Assembly (NCBI GenBank): GCA_963662285.2
Contig: CAXXMV010000006.1
Coordinates: forward strand, 1,216,001-1,280,000
Source: a bacterium
GTDB lineage: Bacteria > Hinthialibacterota > Hinthialibacteria > Hinthialibacterales > Hinthialibacteraceae
DNA: 64,000 nucleotides
Reading direction: 5' to 3'
The notes under the pieces are model-generated. The model searched no databases and was not told the DNA's origin. It saw only the letters and a list, made by a program, of their open reading frames with translations. Of this stretch, positions 19,196 through 28,466 are shown in pieces (the stretch's first letter is position 1; each line of letters begins with the position of its first letter). Position numbers and translations under genes: made by a program.

Positions 19196-20140
19196 TCAGT
19201 TCTTTTCTCTAAATTTAAGCAAATCAACCAGCGTTTCATTTACAGGAGTTGGAACGCCGCTTTGCTGACCGAATTTAACAATGGCGCCATTCAGGGCGTC
19301 GATTTCAGTTCTGCGTTTTTTTTCTATATCCCGCAGCATAGATGGATAATGCGCTGCGGTTGTTGGAACCATCTGGTGGTAAAATGCATCCCGGTATTCA
19401 TCGGCGCTATGCCAGAATTGTTTGATAGCGCATTTTCGGGTTACTTGAAATGCTTCTTCAATAATTTGATCCATTATCGAACGGGTTGATTGGTTGTCAG
19501 CCAAATCTCCGTAAGTAGCGTTGAGCAATGCGCCTAATGGATTCAATGCTGAATTATACAGTATTTTAGCCCAGATGTATTGCTCTAGCGACTCTGTTGC
19601 TTCAACTGGAATCTGCGCCTCCCGCATGGCGTGGGCGATGTTTTCTATTTTATCCAGGGGGAATTGACAATTATAGTGACCGATGCGTATGGCGTCGGCA
19701 TGGACATTAACTTGGATAACGCCTGGCCGGGGAAGTTCAACTCCCGTTATTACGCGGGCGCCGAGGGTGCGTTCCCACCCAATCGCTTGCGCGATGGTCT
19801 GGCAATTGCCATAACCGTTCTGGCATGAAATAACCAGAGAATCATCATTGACCAGAGCTGCGCATGATTGAATCGCCTGCTGTGTGTCGAATGCTTTTAC
19901 GGTAATGATTATTTGATCGAACCGCCTGGAATGGTTTGGTATGTCGTCTATTGACTCATAGGCGGGTAAGGGTTGGGTTTGGTGTTCGCCCCATTTGCCC
20001 GATATGCGGATGCCCTGGTTGATAATGCCGTCAATATTCCATTTTCTTCCAATGAATATTACCTGGTGGCCGGCATTGGCGAGCAATCCCCCAAGCAGCG
20101 TTCCAACGGCGCCAGCTCCGAAGATAAGAATATTATTCAT
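19196..20140 (-). CDS. panE: 2-dehydropantoate 2-reductase
   Basis: GAGAVG Rossmann motif, TVKAFD, QNGYG, WAKILYNSALNPL, SMLRD and TEIDALNG. Confidence 0.88.
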   Translation of the reverse strand: MNNILIFGAGAVGTLLGGLLANAGHQVIFIGRKWNIDGIINQGIRISGKWGEHQTQPLPAYESIDDIPNHSRRFDQIIITVKAFDTQQAIQSCAALVNDDSLVISCQNGYGNCQTIAQAIGWERTLGARVITGVELPRPGVIQVNVHADAIRIGHYNCQFPLDKIENIAHAMREAQIPVEATESLEQYIWAKILYNSALNPLGALLNATYGDLADNQSTRSIMDQIIEEAFQVTRKCAIKQFWHSADEYRDAFYHQMVPTTAAHYPSMLRDIEKKRRTEIDALNGAIVKFGQQSGVPTPVNETLVDLLKFREKN

Positions 20141-20218
20141 AGTAACGGTCTTTTTGAAAAATCAATAAAAAATCAAGAAAAATTTAAAGGAACTTTTTTA
20201 TACAAAAAGTTCTAACAA

Positions 20219-20243
20219 GAAAAGCCCCGTGGCGGGGCTTTTC
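20219..20243. terminator. Intrinsic terminator downstream of rpmA
   Basis: GAAAAGCCCCG-TGG-CGGGGCTTTTC perfect hairpin with A/T tails. Confidence 0.8.
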
Positions 20244-20284
20244 CAGTGGTATCTTTTTTATAGGTATGGCAATTATGCCTAACC

Positions 20285-20545
20285 TTAATTTGCGTTGGGA
20301 ATAACCGAGATTACTTTCCGGTTACGTTTCAACTCAAATTTGACGATTCCTGTTGCTTTCGCGAACAGCGTATCATCGCCGCCTTTTCCTACATTCTCGC
20401 CCGGGTGATATCCGGTACCGCGTTGTCGGACAAGAATTGATCCGGCGTTAACTAATTGGCCGCCAAATCTTTTTACGCCAAGCCGTTTAGCTTTGCTGTC
20501 ACGACCGTTACGTTGTTTTCCACCGCCGCTTTTTACATGAGCCAT
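20285..20545 (-). CDS. rpmA: 50S ribosomal protein L27
   Basis: [28 protein letters not shown] and GGDDTLFA. Confidence 0.97.
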   Translation of the reverse strand: MAHVKSGGGKQRNGRDSKAKRLGVKRFGGQLVNAGSILVRQRGTGYHPGENVGKGGDDTLFAKATGIVKFELKRNRKVISVIPNAN

Positions 20546-20925
20546 TGATTCATATCTCCATTTCAGGGAATAACCGGGAAATTTTAGTCCTGATTGCGCT
20601 TTATATCAAGAGCTAAGAGCCGCCATAAACTCGATTTAGAATTGTTCTTTTGTAATAATCATATAAAATATCTCCTCATAGTCAACTTCTTCATATGCAA
20701 ATACTGATTATTGATCAGGCTGCTCAGGGTATCAGGTTGGGCTATTATGAACGTAGTAGTCTGTCAAGCAAAGGTTTATGAATATCCATCTCTTCAGAGT
20801 AGGCCAGGATATTATTCCATAATTGATGCTCTACTAGATTAATTTCATCAGTGTGATTAGATATAACCAGTTTAATTTTAATAGATTAAGAGTTGAATTA
20901 TCTTTTAGGTTTGAGTGAAAACAAC

Positions 20926-21291
20926 ATGCGTAGTGATAAGAAAAAGCGTTTTTCTGAAAAAGATGATCAACAATTAATATCAGAACGGCTTTGCGCGCAT
21001 ATTTCGATGCTGGAAATTGTGCAACAAAATCTTAGAGAAGCCGGATTAAAGAAAAGCGACCGCCTGATTCGCGCGTGCGGAGATATTAAAAAGCATCTTG
21101 AAAGTCTGGAAAAGCAGATCAATAAAAAGAAATTTTCCAAGGATAATAAAATAATTCCCGTTCTTGATGCAGCGAAAAAGAAGCAAAAGCAATTTGTGGT
21201 ATCGACCTCAATGTATAAGCGGCTTAATTCCCGGAAGGTTTTGAAGAGTTTTAATCAATATTTAGATTCATTATCCAAATTGAAAAGATAG
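20926..21291 (+). CDS. Hypothetical basic helical protein
   Basis: Lys-rich ORF (ATG at 20926, TTG at 20893 possible) directly upstream of the CHAD gene. Confidence 0.5.
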   Translation: MRSDKKKRFSEKDDQQLISERLCAHISMLEIVQQNLREAGLKKSDRLIRACGDIKKHLESLEKQINKKKFSKDNKIIPVLDAAKKKQKQFVVSTSMYKRLNSRKVLKSFNQYLDSLSKLKR

Positions 21292-21333
21292 AATATTTTA
21301 GTAGATTAGAGTTGATTATTCTCTAAATATTTT

Positions 21334-22287
21334 GTGAGTATAGTTATGGTTGTTAATTATTTGGAAACTCCTCCCCCAAAAGGGAATTCTGAAGCAGCCG
21401 CTTTATCGGGTAAGAAAGTTTTATCGTTATTATTCGATTTGTTCCTGGAGAAAGAAGCCGGAACCCTGGCGGGTGATGATATTGAATTTCTGCATAGAAT
21501 GCGCGTGGCGACGCGCCGCATGCGCTCTTTGCTGAAGATCATGAACGGGGTGTATGACGAAGAACGCGTCCAGCCGCTATATTATGATCTGCGCCGCGTC
21601 GCGCTGTTGCTGGGTGAGGTGCGGGACATTGATACTTTTGTGCCCTTTCTGCGATCCTGCCAAACCACTCTGCCTAAATCAGTCAACCCAGCGATTGAGC
21701 ATGTTATTGAAGACCGCTTAATGGTCCGTGAGAAAAGCCTCAATATTATCCGGGCGGAATTTAAGAGCGAATGGTATATTGATTTCAAGCGCAGTATGGC
21801 CGATTTTATTGCTGAACACTCTTTTTATGATCTGGAATCGGAAGATATTCAGATCGTCGCCCCACGATTGATTGAAAACTGTCTGGTAAAGATATTGAAA
21901 CGCCGCAACCGGATTTATGACGCTACTCATGAAGAATTGCACCGCCAGCGTATTAGATTCAAGCGCTTCCGTTACGCCTGCGAATTTTTTATGTCTTTTT
22001 ACGGCAACAAATTAGCCTCTTTTATTCAGGAACTGGAGGAGATTCAGGATATCCTGGGTCTGATGCAGGATCATTCGCGCGATATTAAATTCCTGGAATC
22101 CAGCAAAGATGAGATCGTCGCTGACATGAAAAACAAAAACGGCGCCGCTTCCCTAAACGACCTTCTAAAACATTTCCATAAATCCATCGATCAAGAACAC
22201 AAAAAATTCCTCCTGACCTGGAGAAGATTCTCCCTGCCGGAAAATGAATTACGCTATCTTTATATTATCCGGAATGGGATTGTTTGA
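21334..22287 (+). CDS. CHAD domain (polyphosphate-binding) protein
   Basis: EFLHRMRVATRRMRS, LGEVRDIDT, LHRQRIRFKRFRYACE and QDILGLMQD. Confidence 0.88.
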   Translation: MSIVMVVNYLETPPPKGNSEAAALSGKKVLSLLFDLFLEKEAGTLAGDDIEFLHRMRVATRRMRSLLKIMNGVYDEERVQPLYYDLRRVALLLGEVRDIDTFVPFLRSCQTTLPKSVNPAIEHVIEDRLMVREKSLNIIRAEFKSEWYIDFKRSMADFIAEHSFYDLESEDIQIVAPRLIENCLVKILKRRNRIYDATHEELHRQRIRFKRFRYACEFFMSFYGNKLASFIQELEEIQDILGLMQDHSRDIKFLESSKDEIVADMKNKNGAASLNDLLKHFHKSIDQEHKKFLLTWRRFSLPENELRYLYIIRNGIV

Positions 22288-22517
22288 GGTTACACCACTC
22301 TATGTAGAAATGACGTAAGTACGCTTCACATTTGGTTATTAAAAGTATACAGTTGTAAAATATATCAGATATATTCAGGAAATGTGCTATTGACTTCCTG
22401 TTTACTTATATGTAATTATTGAATTGAAAATAACGAATTAATTTTAGTTACTTTTGATCTTGTAAAACGTAAAAAATTTAATCGGGATTAGTGAAAGAAT
22501 TATCCTAGACCTTTATT

Positions 22518-23366
22518 ATGAATAAAAATACACAATCATTAACGTCATTAGATAATGATTCCATTCCAGAACCTCACGAGTTAAAAAACAAACCTCTTGT
22601 TGAAGCAATTTTTGAACTTCGATGGAAACTTCAACCAGTGGAACCTCAGAGTCAGCAGGGTAGTATTATCAAATTTGGCCTTGATCCAGGATTTCAAGTA
22701 CTTGTTGGGCAATATTATGAGCAATGTAAAAAAACCTTCCCGGAAATAGAAGATTTACCCATAACTGATATTCCTCCGGAATTAACAGGGCATTCGGTTA
22801 GACATAGATTCCGATCAGGTAAGGGTGATTGGCCTGTCACTCAAATTGGCCCAGGAATTTTAACAGTAAATGAAACGGAGAAATATAAGTGGGATACATT
22901 CAAAAAACTCGTAATGGAATCAATTGATAACATGTATAACATTCATACGAGATCGCCATTGTACCCGATCCGAGTAGAATTACATTATATTGATGCAATT
23001 GCCTTTGATATTGAGGACTCGAATATATTAGAGTTTTTGCGTAAAAATCTTCACATTGACATTAAAGTCGATGAATCATTGATAGAGGAACAATTAAAAT
23101 CAGCACAACCCGCTGGTTTCTTCTTTCATGTTGCATATCCGCTTTCAAAACCAAAATGCACTGTTATAACTGAATTTAAGATTGGACATAAAAATAACAA
23201 ACCATCTATAATCTGGGATACGATTCTCAGATCAGTAAAAGAAGATGTACCTCAAAAACCAGAAGATATCAATTCATGGCTTGATGAAGCTCATGAAATT
23301 ACTGATAAAGTATTCTTCACATTGACAAGAGGCGATTTACAAAAAGCATTCGAGGGCAAAAAATGA
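22518..23366 (+). CDS. TIGR04255-like protein
   Basis: LKNKPLVEAIFELRW N-terminus, QIGPGILTVN...YKWDTF, RVELHYID and WLDEAHE..FF match the pattern recalled for TIGR04255; AT-rich. Confidence 0.75.
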   Translation: MNKNTQSLTSLDNDSIPEPHELKNKPLVEAIFELRWKLQPVEPQSQQGSIIKFGLDPGFQVLVGQYYEQCKKTFPEIEDLPITDIPPELTGHSVRHRFRSGKGDWPVTQIGPGILTVNETEKYKWDTFKKLVMESIDNMYNIHTRSPLYPIRVELHYIDAIAFDIEDSNILEFLRKNLHIDIKVDESLIEEQLKSAQPAGFFFHVAYPLSKPKCTVITEFKIGHKNNKPSIIWDTILRSVKEDVPQKPEDINSWLDEAHEITDKVFFTLTRGDLQKAFEGKK

Positions 23367-23758
23367 TTACCACAGAAATAATGAATGCGGAATTCAAGCA
23401 AAATTCATCAAATTCAAGTTTTTTTTATGAAAATGAATTCATGAGTTATCATGAAATTGATGATAATTTGAATATTTTTCCTCAAAAAATAAAATCTGTT
23501 AATTATTTGCTAAGTTTATTCTTAGCAGGTACCATGTTTACAGTTCCAATTGTTTATGATGATCCATTAAATGAATTTCGAAGGTCGGGATCTTCGTCGC
23601 ATTCTTGGGTTCAGAGAAAAAGAAATAGACGAATAATTACTATGCATGAAGCAAGATTAATTGCTTTACAAATATACGAAGATACAGAAAAAACCTTACT
23701 CGAAGATTATCTTAGAGAATCTCTTTTACTAGACTACTTATGGGATGAAGAAGAATGA
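23363..23758 (+). CDS. Hypothetical protein (middle gene of three-gene island)
   Basis: 131 aa; ATGA overlap with the upstream gene, a hydrophobic central segment and an acidic aromatic tail DYLWDEEE. Confidence 0.65.
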   Translation: MITTEIMNAEFKQNSSNSSFFYENEFMSYHEIDDNLNIFPQKIKSVNYLLSLFLAGTMFTVPIVYDDPLNEFRRSGSSSHSWVQRKRNRRIITMHEARLIALQIYEDTEKTLLEDYLRESLLLDYLWDEEE

Positions 23759-23764
23759 GTTGTT

Positions 23765-24391
23765 ATGATATATGAAACATTGAATTCATCAGATTCTATC
23801 AAACAAGGTGATATATTTCAAAACATACCAAGAATTGATATGTCTTTGTTAGGTATTCCTATAATTGGAGATGATGAGACTACCTCTCTTGAGAATTGGA
23901 AAGATTTGGTTGAGGAGGATAATAATAAATTTGCAGCAATCTTACCAATTTCTAAGGTGCAAGGTATTGTAATAACTCAAAATTGCGATTGCCAAACGTC
24001 AACTTTTGTAAACTTGTGTCAAATAAGACCTTTCTGCGAGATGGAAAAAAATACGCCAACTACGCCCAAAAGATGGGCGAATTTTATTAGAAAGAAATCT
24101 CGTGAATCTCTGCGATATTTTTATTTACCTGAGGACAAAAAATTTGGTTTCAATGAAAGAATGATATCTGATTTTTTAACAATAATCACGATAAAGCGCG
24201 AAGAATTGAATCAAATAAAGGAATATAGGTTAGGTCGACTTAATAATATTGCTTATGAAAATTTCAGAGAAACATTATCTCAATTTTTCCGTCGATATCC
24301 ATACGATGAATGGTATCCTTTTACAAAAGAAGAATTCGATGCTTATAAATTAGATTATCCACAATCCGAGCCATTTGATTGGCAAAAATGA
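23765..24391 (+). CDS. Hypothetical protein, possible MazF/PemK-like fold
   Basis: QGDIF, GIVITQNCD, and DFLTIITIKREEL...RLGRL...FRETLSQFF. The ORF is well supported; the fold assignment is inference. Confidence 0.55.
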   Translation: MIYETLNSSDSIKQGDIFQNIPRIDMSLLGIPIIGDDETTSLENWKDLVEEDNNKFAAILPISKVQGIVITQNCDCQTSTFVNLCQIRPFCEMEKNTPTTPKRWANFIRKKSRESLRYFYLPEDKKFGFNERMISDFLTIITIKREELNQIKEYRLGRLNNIAYENFRETLSQFFRRYPYDEWYPFTKEEFDAYKLDYPQSEPFDWQK

Positions 24392-24457
24392 ATTTCACAT
24401 TCTCCCCACCCCCACCAAAGCTAAATCCAAATAACAAATCCATTAAAAAAATTACTT

Positions 24458-24488
24458 ACGCCCAAGCGTATAAAGGCCACTTGGGCGT
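24458..24488. terminator. Hairpin between convergent genes
   Basis: ACGCCCAAG...CTTGGGCGT 9-bp stem. Confidence 0.45.
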
Positions 24489-24515
24489 TTATAAAGTTTA
24501 CGCTTCGAATAGCGG

Positions 24516-25388
24516 TTATAGTTTTTTCTTCCACTTCCCAAAATCAGTTTCAATATCCGGGGTCCATTTGCGGTCTATTTGGCCTGGGGTGTATTTTCCT
24601 TCGCGGAGCATTTGGTGGCCGAAGTTGTCTCGTAGGCGGATGTTTTCTGAGGTGGTTACTACTTCTTCAGCCAGATGCGGGGGGATGAAGATTACTCCTT
24701 CGCGGCGTCCTAGGACTATGTCGCCGGGCATTACGGTGGCCTTGCCGATGCGGATGGGGATGTTGATGCCGGTCAGGGTTACGTCTGCTATGGCAGATGG
24801 ATCGACGCCGCGCACGAAGGTGCAGAAGTCGGGCAGGGCGTAAATGCCGTCCAGGTCGCGGATGCCGCCGTCGATTATCATGCCGGTTTTGGTTTTGGCG
24901 TTGATTGAGGTGGCCAGGTTATCTCCCGCGAAGGTTCCGTCGACTACTTTGCCGAAGAGGTCGATTACTATTACGTCGTTCTCTTGCAGGGTGTCGATGA
25001 TCCATGAGTTCTGGGCGCCGATGCGTTTATCCTGCTTGCCCAGTTTATTGGTAGCTTCATCAAGATCGGGGCGTTTGGGGATGAAAGCGGCGGTTACGGC
25101 TCGGCCTACCAGCACCCGGTCGGGATGCAGGTTCATCCAGTCGCCTTCGAATTGCAGAGTGTATTTGTGTTTGCGCAACACGCTCCAGGCTTCTTCGATG
25201 GTGACCTTTTTCATGCGCTCCAGAATATCATCAGGGACTTTGGGGCGTCCATCGTCGAACCGTTCATAGAGATTGAGTTTGGTGTATTCGATGCGCAACT
25301 CTTTGGATAATGCGCCATACTGCGCGTAAGAGGGGCTGGTGAAAACCAGGGCTAGTAAAACCGTTAATGAACAACTTATAAAACGCAT
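24516..25388 (-). CDS. Secreted RraA / HMG-aldolase family protein
   Basis: Signal peptide, DGRPKV, LVGRAVT, GDNLAT, DGGIRD and VMPGDIVLG. Confidence 0.8.
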   Translation of the reverse strand: MRFISCSLTVLLALVFTSPSYAQYGALSKELRIEYTKLNLYERFDDGRPKVPDDILERMKKVTIEEAWSVLRKHKYTLQFEGDWMNLHPDRVLVGRAVTAAFIPKRPDLDEATNKLGKQDKRIGAQNSWIIDTLQENDVIVIDLFGKVVDGTFAGDNLATSINAKTKTGMIIDGGIRDLDGIYALPDFCTFVRGVDPSAIADVTLTGINIPIRIGKATVMPGDIVLGRREGVIFIPPHLAEEVVTTSENIRLRDNFGHQMLREGKYTPGQIDRKWTPDIETDFGKWKKKL

Positions 25389-25426
25389 AATTTATTCTCC
25401 TTATCTATTTCTATGTTATTAAAAAC

Positions 25427-26817
25427 GGTTCTATAAAGAAATCTGTGGGTGAATGATAGCAAAAATACTTCGAATAGTAGAGGTATAAAAAAGACATCCG
25501 GTCTCTTATCCTGAAAGAATGAAATCAGCGAAAAATCATCAACCAGGAGGAAACCGGATGGATGTCATTAGAATCCTCAATCGTGTTCATAAAATCAAGG
25601 GGTATGTATATGCTTCTAGCAAATTTGGTGAATGGAATGGTAAAACATCCATAGAGGTAAAAGTCCGTGCTCATGTCAAAAGCCGCCCGATATGTTCATG
25701 CTGCGGAGAAAAAGGATCAGGTTATGACAGATTAGATGCGCGCCGATTTGAGTTTATCCCGATATGGGGATTAACCGTATTCCTGATCTATGCCATGCGC
25801 CGCGTGAATTGTCACCGCTGTGGAGTGAAAGTTGAAAAGGTACCTTGGGCCGATGGTAAACATGAATTAACGCATATCTATCAATGGTTCTTGGCGAGCT
25901 GGGCCAAGCGGATGAGTTGGAGCCAAGTGGCGGAAGCATTTCAAACAAGTTGGTACAATGTTTTTCATTCGGTTGAACGGGCGGTAGAATGGGGCCGCCA
26001 GCATGTGAACCTGGAAGGAATCACCGCCATTGGAATCGATGAAATGCAATGGGGCGGCGGCCATCAGTATGTGACAGTGGTATATCAAATCAATGAGAAT
26101 TGCAAACGGCTGCTGTGGATCGGGGAAAAAAGAAAGATCAAAACACTGTTGAAATTCTTCAGATGGTTCGGGGAAGAGCGTTCAAAAAAATTGGAATTTG
26201 TGTGCAGTGATATGTGGAAAGCTTATCTCAAAGTCATTCGCAAAAAAGCCAAAAGCGCGCTGAATGTATTGGATCGGTTTCACATCATGGCTCATATGAA
26301 CAAAGCCATAGATCAAGTCCGCGCTGGAGAATCCCGTGAATTGAAGGCCAAGGGATTAGAACCGGTATTAAAAGGAAGTCGCTGGTGGTTTCTGAAACGC
26401 CCGGATAATTTGACAGTCAAGCAGGTCGATAAATTAGCCAACGTGGTTCGATATAATCTGCGCACGGTGAGAAGTTATCTTCTCAAAGAGGAATTTCAAT
26501 TTTTCTGGGAATATAAATCAGCATGGTGGGCTGGACGCTTCATGGATCAGTGGTGTACTAAAACCATGCGCTCGCGAATCGAACCAATGAAGAAAGTGGC
26601 CAAGATGCTGCGCAACCATCGCGAACTGATTTTGAACTGGTTTCGGGCGAAAAAGGAGTTTTCTTCTGGAGTGGTGGAAGGCTTAAACAACAAGGCCAAA
26701 GTGACTACCAAAATGGCGTACGGTTTTCGAACCTACAAAGCGCTGGAAATCGCCTTATATCATACACTTGGCGATTTACCAGAACCAAATTTCACCCACA
26801 GATTTTTTTGAAGAGGC
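25427..26817 (+). mobile_element. ISL3 family insertion sequence, 1391 bp
   Basis: Left IR GGTTCTATAAAGAAATCTGTGGGTGAA; right IR (reverse complement) GCCTCTTCAAAAAAATCTGTGGGTGAA. 8-bp target duplication TTAAAAAC at 25419-25426 and 26818-26825. Confidence 0.93.
25558..26811 (+). CDS. ISL3 family transposase
   Basis: CxxC zinc finger, IGIDE, CSDMWKAY, DRFHI and VEGLNNKAK..AYGFR. GGAGG RBS before ATG 25558. Confidence 0.95.
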   Translation: MDVIRILNRVHKIKGYVYASSKFGEWNGKTSIEVKVRAHVKSRPICSCCGEKGSGYDRLDARRFEFIPIWGLTVFLIYAMRRVNCHRCGVKVEKVPWADGKHELTHIYQWFLASWAKRMSWSQVAEAFQTSWYNVFHSVERAVEWGRQHVNLEGITAIGIDEMQWGGGHQYVTVVYQINENCKRLLWIGEKRKIKTLLKFFRWFGEERSKKLEFVCSDMWKAYLKVIRKKAKSALNVLDRFHIMAHMNKAIDQVRAGESRELKAKGLEPVLKGSRWWFLKRPDNLTVKQVDKLANVVRYNLRTVRSYLLKEEFQFFWEYKSAWWAGRFMDQWCTKTMRSRIEPMKKVAKMLRNHRELILNWFRAKKEFSSGVVEGLNNKAKVTTKMAYGFRTYKALEIALYHTLGDLPEPNFTHRFF

Positions 26818-26906
26818 TTAAAAACTATGTTACTAAGAACTACGTTGAGTACCCGACATAAAAGTTTTGAAAATGTTCTCGACTAACCTTAATATTAGGT
26901 GGCTTA

Positions 26907-26946
26907 ATCAAGGGCTGAGCGCAATGCGCTCTTGCCCTTGGCACCC
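26907..26946 (+). repeat. Solo CAAGGGC-hairpin repeat
   Basis: ATCAAGGGCTGAGCGCAATGCGCTCTTGCCCTTGGCACCC. Confidence 0.75.
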
Positions 26947-26981
26947 ATATTTTGCTTCCATCTTGGGGAAGGAGCATTAAC

Positions 26982-28343
26982 TTAACTCCACAGCCTATCG
27001 TGGGAGCGCATTTGATTCCATTCGGGGGTTGGTTTGAAAAATTCCGGTTTGTATAAATGTTCCTGGGCGGCTGCTTCATTCAACTCTACGCCTAATCCCG
27101 GAGCATCGGGAACTTGGATGAATCCGTTTTGTACAATTGGTTTAGGTACTCCGGTTACCAGATCATCCCACCAGGGGACGTCGACTGAATGGTTTTCCAA
27201 GGCCAGGAAATTATAGGTGGCGGCGGCGCAGTGGACATTGGCCATGCATGAGATGGGCGTTCCGGCGAAATGAAGCGCCATGGCTACGCCTTTTTCTTCG
27301 GCGTAGTCGCCAATCTTTTTGGTTTCCAGAATGCCTCCCGCCGTAGCCAGGTCGGGATGAATCATATCCACCGCGTGGGCGTCGATCAGTTTGATGAAAT
27401 CTTCTTTGAGGTAAATATCCTCGCCAGTCAGGGTGGGGACGTCGATGGCGTCAGTAATTTGCTTCCATAATTCGGTGTATTGCCAGGGGACTAAATCCTC
27501 CAGCCATGCGAACTGAAATGGTTGAAGCGCTTTGCCCAGGCGGATGCAGCTGTTAACTCCGATATGGCCGAAATGGTCGGCGGCCAGGGGAACCTCATAG
27601 CCTACTTGTTCACGTATGGCGGCTACGTATTCTGATAGGTGATTGATTCCCTTATCGGTTATTTGAGTTCCGGTGAATGGATGGGGAAGCGAGTAATTGA
27701 GTGAACCCAAAGGACTGGAAACAGTGTTGGGGATGTCTTTGAGCAGGCTGATTCCCAAATCCATTTTCAAAAAGGTGTATCCCAATTTCATTCTTTCTTT
27801 CATGCGTTGAGCGAATACTTTGGAATCGGGTGAGGATACGGTGTCGCAATACATACGAATTTTGTCGCGGTGTTTGCCGCCCAGCATTTGATATACCGGG
27901 ACGTCATAGGCTTTTCCGGCAAGGTCCCATAAAGCCATCTCGACTCCAGATACGCCGCCGCCCTGCCGGCCATGATGCCCGAATTGTTTGATGCGCTTGA
28001 AGAGTTTTTCTACATTACAGGGATTTTCTCCAAGAATACGGCTCTTGAGAAACAGGGCGTATTTTTCGCTGGCGCCGTCGCGCACTTCGCCCCAGCCGCA
28101 GATGCCCTGGTTGGTGTCGATGCGGATAATGGGGCAACGCATAGGCGCGTCTTTGATGACCGCGAAGCGCATGTCGGTTATTTTTAGATTGGAGGGGCTG
28201 GAATTGCGGTTCACATTACGGGCGCCGTATGCGATTTCTTCTTCAAAGGCGAAAGGAGAAGCAGCGGCCAGGGCTGATGCTCCGAGATATTTCATAAATG
28301 AACGTCGGTTTGAGTTGCGTGGTTGACAAATATTTTTTCCCAT
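26982..28343 (-). CDS. Tat-exported mandelate racemase/muconate lactonizing (enolase superfamily) enzyme
   Basis: NRRSFM signal, EMALWDLAGK, PVYQMLGG, KMD, WLED, TGED and PGLGVE. Confidence 0.88.
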   Translation of the reverse strand: MGKNICQPRNSNRRSFMKYLGASALAAASPFAFEEEIAYGARNVNRNSSPSNLKITDMRFAVIKDAPMRCPIIRIDTNQGICGWGEVRDGASEKYALFLKSRILGENPCNVEKLFKRIKQFGHHGRQGGGVSGVEMALWDLAGKAYDVPVYQMLGGKHRDKIRMYCDTVSSPDSKVFAQRMKERMKLGYTFLKMDLGISLLKDIPNTVSSPLGSLNYSLPHPFTGTQITDKGINHLSEYVAAIREQVGYEVPLAADHFGHIGVNSCIRLGKALQPFQFAWLEDLVPWQYTELWKQITDAIDVPTLTGEDIYLKEDFIKLIDAHAVDMIHPDLATAGGILETKKIGDYAEEKGVAMALHFAGTPISCMANVHCAAATYNFLALENHSVDVPWWDDLVTGVPKPIVQNGFIQVPDAPGLGVELNEAAAQEHLYKPEFFKPTPEWNQMRSHDRLWS

Positions 28344-28466
28344 TCTGATTCTCCAATGCGCATATTAATTTGTTTTGAAAATAACATAAAATATATTACC
28401 GGGATAGAGCGATTATTGCATGAAACTGGTTCAATTCAGATTTGAGTATTTTTTGTGACAATCGCG

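Noticed and set aside
24379-25310. Plus-strand ORFs 24379-24843, 24844-25269 and 25125-25310 as extra island genes
   Set aside because: They lie antisense to the well-supported RraA-family gene and have no recognisable motifs.
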